From Octopus vulgaris (taxonomy: Eukaryota), in assembly GCA_951406725.2 (NCBI GenBank), contig OX597837.1:7998001-8062000 (forward strand): a DNA stretch of 64,000 bases. The letters run 5' to 3'. Made by a program: the position numbers and the translations under genes. This document shows, one piece after another, positions 57,088 through 64,000 of the stretch. Position 1 is the first letter of the stretch, and every line of letters begins with the position of its first letter. The notes under the pieces are model-generated. The model ran no database searches. It saw only the letters and a list, made by a program, of their open reading frames with translations, and had not been told where the DNA came from.

Positions 57088-57367
57088 ATTCTTTTTCTAC
57101 TCGAGGCACAAGACCCAAAATTTTTGGGGAGGGGGCCAGACGATTAAAGGATGAAAGCTGAAGTCAACCTCGGCGGAATTTGGACTCAGAACATAAAGAC
57201 AGACGAAATACCTATTTCTTTACTGCCCACAAGGGGCTAAACACAGAGAGGACAAACAAGGACAGACAAACTGATTAAGTCGATTATATCGACCGCAGTG
57301 CGTAACTGGTGCTTAATTTATCGACCCCGAAAGGATGAAAGCCAGAGTCGACCCCGGCGGAATTTGA
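57088..57367 (-). mobile_element. SINE family B body, headless
   Basis: cggcggaatttggactcagaac...aaggacagacaaac...cgaccccgaaaggatgaaag. Confidence 0.8.
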
Positions 57368-57378
57368 GAGCAAAAAAC

Positions 57379-57424
<46 letters not shown>

Positions 57425-57954
57425 AGAGTGAAGGGGAGACAGACAGACAGGGAGAGAGAGAGAGAGAGAGAGAGAGAATAGGAAAGAATGAGATTGAGGA
57501 AAGGAAAAAAGGGTAGGTGAGAGAATAAGTGAGAAAAATTTAAATGGAAAGATAGATAGATAGAAAAGGGGAGAGAGAGAGAGAAAGAGAAAGTGAGAGA
57601 GAGAGCAAGACAGCTATTATTCCTTAGCATATTTTAGCATAAATTATGCAAATTACCTTAGCCATAAATATGTTGAACTCTTTTTTGTGTAAGTTTTCGT
57701 CCTTCGGTTACTTGAAATCGGATCAGGTCATTGTCTTGCCGATAACGGCCATTGAACCTCAAACACATATCCAAGACCGTTCTCTAATCTCCAAGCAATA
57801 AGCCTTCTTTTACTTCAATGCTATATCAACTTTGAAGAATTCTTGATTCTTGAGATTATAGCCTCTTCTCATATGGAGCTGGTCTTAAATGGTATTTGGG
57901 AATTAGAATCTATATTCTATAGATGTAGAATCCATCCTTTATGCATAGACGTCG

Positions 57955-58212
57955 CTATGCGGCAAGAAACTTGCTTCCCAACCACATGATTCCGGGTTCA
58001 GTCCCACTGCGTGGCATCTTGGGCAGGTGTCTTCTACTATGGCGTCAGGTCGACCAAAGTCTTGTGAATGGATTTGTCCCTGGACTTAGCGGTTTGGCAA
58101 AAAAACTCCGAGAGAATAAGTACTAGGGTTAATAAGTAAGTCTTGGCGTCGATTTGTTCGACTAAAACCCTTCAAGGAGGTGCTCCCGCATGGCCAGAGT
58201 TTAATGACTGAT
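57955..58212 (+). mobile_element. SINE family A, internally deleted
   Basis: Head and tail are present, the middle is missing. Confidence 0.8.
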
Positions 58213-58260
<48 letters not shown>

Positions 58261-58261
<1 letters not shown>

Positions 58262-58462
58262 CGGGAAGCTTTATGAAAATAAACAAAAGACGAAGGCAGG
58301 TGGAAAACAAACGAACAATTGTATTAGTATGGCGCTCAGGAAATATAAATAAAACAAGTCTTTAACGTTTCGAGCCTACGCTCTTCAACAGAAAGATACA
58401 CAGAGAGAGAAAAACACAGAAAGGAGAGAAAAAAAATGCGTGCAGTAGCTAACGAATCAACA
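58261..58462 (-). mobile_element. Family P1 hammerhead-bearing insert
   Basis: 58359-58396 minus strand UCUUU-CUGUUGA-A-GAGC(GUAG)GCUC-GAAA-CGUU-AAAGA. Confidence 0.78.
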
Positions 58463-58588
58463 TATATATCATTTACCATTTAGCCGTTTCTGTCTTTAGA
58501 CAGCGGCCATACTACGGCGCCGCCTCGAAAAATGTTTAGTAAAATGCAGTACATTTTTTTCAAGCCTGGTACTTATTCAAATGGTTGG

Positions 58589-58777
58589 GATTTCCTGGAA
58601 AATTCCGATGATGGGACTTTCTGGAAATTTCCAAGGATGAGAGACTTCCTGGAAAGTTCCGAGAATGAACTTCCTAGAAAGTTTCGAGGATTAGACTTCC
58701 CGGAAATTCCAAGAATTTCCTGGAAATTTCCGAGGTAAGACTTACTGGAAAATTCCGGAAACTTCCTGGAATGTTCC
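58589..58777. repeat. Eight-unit degenerate array of TTCCTGGAAANTTCC inside an old SINE A fragment (58485-58835)
   Basis: Units about 21-28 bp; flanks aagcctggtacttattc and ccgaaccgctaagtt are nearly adjacent in SINE A. Confidence 0.8.
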
Positions 58778-58862
58778 GAACCGCTAAGTTAAAGAGACGT
58801 GTACAAACTAACATCTGTTGTCAAGTGGCGGTGGGAGTCAAACACGCAAACACACATAATAT

Positions 58863-59066
58863 TCTTTTATTCTTTTAATTGTTTCAGTCATTTGACTGTG
58901 GCAATGCTGGAGCACCGCCTTTAGTCGAGCAAGTCGACGCCAGGACTTATCCTTTGTTAGCCTAGTACTTATTCTATCGGTCTCCTTTTGCCGACCCGCT
59001 AAGCTACGGGGACGTAAACACATCAACATCGGTTTTCAAGAGATGCTGGGGTCAAACACAGACACA

Positions 59067-59124
<58 letters not shown>

Positions 59125-59284
59125 CATATATACGACGGGCTTCTTTCAGTTTCTGCCTACCTAATCCACTCACAAGGCTTTGGTCAGCCATAGGCCATAG
59201 TAGTAGACACTTGCCCAAGGTACCACGCAGTGGGACTGAACCCCGAACAATGTGGTTGGGAAGCAAGCTTCTACCACACAGCCA
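58863..59284 (-). mobile_element. SINE family A
   Basis: Reverse complement of 17610-18026. Confidence 0.9.
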
Positions 59285-60481
59285 ACCTTATATATATATA
59301 TATAGATGAAATTGGAGAGCCTAGACCAGATTAATCAAGCCGTAGCACTTTGACCAACGCTTTGACGTTTGTGGAGGAGAATTCTTTTGAGGAAAGCCAT
59401 TTCTTTATCTGATCTTGTGGTACTTTCGCTAAAATGAGAGTTGACAATTTTGGTGGTTGTGGACGTAACAGATATACTTAATGCATAAATACAAACACAC
59501 ATTCACATACACATACACACACGCTCATATACAGGCATACATAAGTATGGCGATGGAGGTGGTGGAGGCGGTGATGGTGTTGGTATTGATGTAGTAGTAG
59601 CAGTATTAGTAGTAGTAGTAGAAGTAGTAGTGGTAGTAGAAGTAGTAGCAGTAGTTGTATTATTATTATTATTATTACTAGTAGTAGTAGTAGTAGTAGT
59701 AGTAGTAGCAGTATTAGTAGTATTAGTAGTAGTAGTAGCAGTATTAGTAGTAGTTGTAGTAGTAGTAGTAGTAGTATGTTGTGCTAACAAAGTGTCACGA
59801 CTAATGTTAGAAAAGTAGAATGAATAAGAGAGAGAGAGAGAGAGAGCGAGAGGGAGGGTAAAGAGAAAGGAAGAGAGACAGAATTAGAGAGCGAAAGGAG
59901 TAATAAAGAGATAGGAAAAGAGAGAGGGAGGGAGGGAGAGAGAGCGGGTGGGTGAGCCAGAATGATGGAGAGATAAAATAAAAGAAAGACTGATAAAGCT
60001 TCAAAGAGGAAGAAAGAGTTAAAGAGAGAGAGAGGGAGAGAGAGAGACAAAGAGAGAGTATGATACGAAAGAGAGAAATAAGTCGAGGGAGAAATTAAAA
60101 GTACGCTTATACATACACGTACACACTGACACATACAGAGACGCACACACTCACACACACACTCATACATACATACACACACACACACACACCTGCATAC
60201 AGGTATGCACACGTACACAAAAACACCGACAGATATTAAAAGTTTTATGACGTTCAATTGCAGCATACATCAAAGAAAAATTATGAGATCGATGGACTGT
60301 CACAGAGATGACACTGCGGGAGTAAGGTGCGTACACACACCTCTTTACACACCTGCACACACACACATATATGTGCTTGCATCTGTGTGTATACATGTAT
60401 ATGTATATATATATATATATATAAAACAGATTATATATGAATGTTTATCTGTGTATGCATTTTTGACTGTATCTGCACACA

Positions 60482-60556
<75 letters not shown>

Positions 60557-60566
60557 CGTTTATATA

Positions 60567-60612
<46 letters not shown>

Positions 60613-60671
60613 CAAATTATATATGAATGTTTATCTGTGTATACATATTTAACTGTATCTGCACACACGTA

Positions 60672-60705
<34 letters not shown>

Positions 60706-60706
60706 C

Positions 60707-60794
<88 letters not shown>

Positions 60795-61692
60795 ATATAT
60801 ATAGATACACACACATGAATATACATATACATAGAAACACTCGAATACATGTTTACGTTTGTATGTACACACACATATATGTATATATATGTACACACAC
60901 ATGCATATTTATATATGAACATATAGATATATATGTGTATATATATTTATATTTGTACATTTTTGTACGTATAAATACATATTCAAGTATATTTTACATA
61001 TACATACGTACACCCAAGCGTATATAAGTTTATGTGTAAGGACAGAAGAAAAGCGCACTCAATACATTATATAGAGTTTATTTTTGTATTATGATGTACT
61101 TAGAGTTTATCCCCCCATATACAGACACACAAACACACACTCGAACAGAAACGCATACACATGTACTGACGTCAATTCTCTGTTGTCATTCTGTGTAATA
61201 TATTGCATTTTATCGCTCTAGGTTCTTTTATGAAGTCGTTTGGTAAACTTGTTACCGAGAAACCACCTCGTCATACATATATGTGCGTGTGTGTATGTGT
61301 TTGTATGAGAGTGACTGTCTATGTGTATGTATGTGTGTGTTGTCGCGCGTGGCTTGTGTCTGTGTGTATGCGTGCGAATGAATGTATAAATACTACAGTA
61401 AAATACGTGTATTTGAAAAGCTGTAAATAGTGAAAGCGCTTAACAGAATAACAAATCTTACTTCCAAAAGCTTCATCCCATTCTGTTTCCTTTTAAGTTT
61501 TTATATAACTTAATGTCAGTTTAAATAAGTTTAGAATTTTATATGATTTTCTAAATTTTTATATAATAAATAATTTCCTGATTTAATAAAATCTTTCTTC
61601 AAATATACTTACATATGTGTCTGTGTTTGAGTGAGTATGAGTATGCATGTAAGTGTGTGAATGTGTGTATGTATGTATATATATATATAAAG

Positions 61693-62026
61693 GTTAAAGA
61701 CCCCCTTCGGTCAGGCACTGACCATGGGTTTGCACCTAGAGAGATACCCTCTGAGGCACAAGTCTGGGCAAGGTTGTTTTATGGAAGATCAGCAGTCGCC
61801 CATGCATACCGGCCTCCCCTCTCCACGTCACCGATGTTGTCCAAGGGAAAGGCAAGGGACGATACAGCTTGGCACCTGTGACGTCGCAACTCATTTCTAC
61901 AGCTGAGTGAACTGGAGCAACGTGAAATAAAGTGCCTTGCTCAAGAACACAACACGCAGCCCCGTCCGGGATTCGAGCTCACAACCTCACGATCGTAAGC
62001 TCGACGCTCTAACCACTGAGCCATGC
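61693..62026 (-). mobile_element. SINE family C, full length
   Basis: Reverse complement of 1218-1556. Confidence 0.88.
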
Positions 62027-62104
62027 ATATATATATATATATATATATATACATCTGTATATGTATATATACAGATATGTTGTATGCATTATGTATATAC
62101 TCCT

Positions 62105-62505
62105 ACTCTTTACTCTCTTTTACTTGTTTCAGTCATTTGACTGCGGCCATGCTGAAGCACCGCCTTTAGTCGAGCAAACCGATCCCAGTTCTTATTCTTT
62201 GTAAGCCTAGTACTTTTTCTATCGGTCCCTTTTGCCGAACCGCTAAGTTACGAGGACGTAAAAACACCAGCATCAGTTGTCAAGTGATGTTGGGTGTACA
62301 AACAGACACACAAACACACACACAGACACACACACAACACATACACATATATACATATATACGACGGGCTTCTTTCAGTTTCCGTCTACCAAATCCACTC
62401 ACAAGGCTTTGGTTGACCCGAGGCTATAGTAGGAGACACTTACCCAAGGTGTCCCGCAGTGGGATTGAACCTGGAACCATGTGGTTGGTAAACAAGCTAC
62501 TTACC
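62105..62505 (-). mobile_element. SINE family A
   Basis: Reverse complement of 17610-18026. Confidence 0.9.
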
Positions 62506-63370
62506 TACAATGAAAAAGATGGCGCCAACAAAAGAAAAACTTACCTATGTTTTAATTCGGGTAGCAAAAACGATAATCGTTGTATGTTGAACTTTTGAAA
62601 AGTTTTGCATATTTTAACTGTTCCACTTATGCATTGTACCTGTTAGCTGTCTCTTTGCCTGTTCGTAAATCCTGAATTTTCTAGATTGTCACTTAAACAC
62701 TTGCCAACGTAATCTCAAGAGTGATTTAATTAACGGGTTAAATATGAATTTATAATGAAAGTTGAAGAGCTGCAGCTATGAAAGCATTTGTCCATGAACA
62801 TACTTCTCACTGATTTTGGAAGAGATATTCATATCTGCAGAGCAGGTGATCTCTATGTAACGTTTGTTCGTACGTCTGTACCTACGTCCGTCCGTACGTA
62901 CGTACGTATGTATTTATGTATGTATGTATGTAACCTCGCTCTAAATTTGACAGTCTATTAACGAAATTATTGACTGCCTCCGTAGACACATCCACAAAAA
63001 TAGTTTTCAATGTATTTTCAGAATGAGCTATTAATAAAACCCTCTATATAAGATTTTAAAACGATTTTCAGCCTTAAATACAGATTTAGTCTAGTATTTT
63101 ATATGAGGTCAACACACATCAGAGGACAGTATTTAAAATGATAGAAAGGTTGGCAAGCTGGAAGATTCATTGGCGCGTCAGACAAATGGCTTAGCATAAT
63201 TTCTTCCGGCTTTTCATTCGGAGTTCAAATGTCACTTTGTTCTACTTTGCGTTTCGTTTTTCGGGGTCAACAATTATTTTGCTTGTAATAAACTCTTTTC
63301 TTAGTTTCCAGCTAACGCCATTCTTTTTGAAGTTGCTTTGATGTACTAATTATCATTACTTTACGCGGTG

Positions 63371-63500
63371 AGGCAGCGAGCCGGCAGAATCGATTAGCTT
63401 AACAGACGAAATTCTTAAGCGGCAGTTCTTTCTTCTTTACGTTTCGAGTTCCAATTCCGCCGAGGTTTATTATACCGTTTTGTAGTCTATAAAATAAGTT
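63371..63500 (+). mobile_element. SINE family B, diverged
   Basis: aggcagcgagccggcagaatcg...gagttccaattccgccgagg. Confidence 0.65.
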
Positions 63501-63509
63501 GTTGCTGTG

Positions 63510-63712
63510 ATCCCCTTCGGGTCACAACATGAATGACCATGGAATTGCACCTAGAAAGTTACCTTCGGAGGCACAAGTCTGGGCAAGGTTGTTTATGAAT
63601 GACCAGCAGTCGCCCACGCATACAAGCCCCTACTCTCCACGCCACCGATGTTATCCAAAGGAAAGGTAAAGGCCGATACAGCTTGGCACCAGTGACGTCG
63701 CAACTCATTTAT
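63510..63712 (-). mobile_element. SINE family C, 3' part
   Basis: Matches 61700-61895. Confidence 0.8.
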
Positions 63713-64000
63713 TAACGTGCAAGTGGCTGAGCACTCCACAGACACGTGTACCCTTAACGTAATTCTCGGGGAGATTCAGCGTGACGCAGTCATATATATA
63801 TATATATATTGTCTCTGAGTTTTTTCTAATCCTTCAATCCCGCTGTCCTTACACATCTCCCCTCCTTCCACGTGACCGGTGTTCGGCCAACCACGATCTT
63901 TCTTTCTTGGCCTGACTGCCGACCGCTAACACCTGTTATGTCCATCTCCCACATTCCTGCCTTAAGGCTTTCACTCCATACGCACCAGCTCAATTTGATC

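Noticed and set aside
60425-60710. ~190-bp tandem duplication (similar cases near 10265-10430 and 40120-40345)
   Set aside because: Local slippage duplication of microsatellite-rich sequence; no further structure.

Overview
Eukaryotic, repeat-saturated non-coding DNA, most likely intronic or intergenic sequence of an Octopus-type cephalopod (inferred from the tRNA-headed SINE families and the extreme (TA)n/(CA)n/(AAT)n/(AGAT)n microsatellite load). No intact host gene is supported; nearly all ORF-track entries are microsatellite read-through. Recognisable parts: five SINE families, decayed fragments of Gypsy, CR1-like, Dong/R4, CRE-like, Tx1/L1-like, RTE and Tc1 elements, and several MITEs. 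The main discovery is a set of short, ORF-less inserts sitting inside (TA)n tracts. Many are asymmetric fold-backs (short arm, loop, long arm plus tail) and many carry type I hammerhead-ribozyme folds of the Penelope-like-element kind. One has a compensatory G3-C8 core, and in two the fold-back junction coincides with the predicted self-cleavage site. Also notable: a STAT/NF-kB composite motif array inside a SINE, a YY1/ETS motif array, a divergent pair of CTCF-like sites, and a LINE-SINE shared 3' tail with a covarying hairpin. All calls were read by eye; no searches or folding programs were run.
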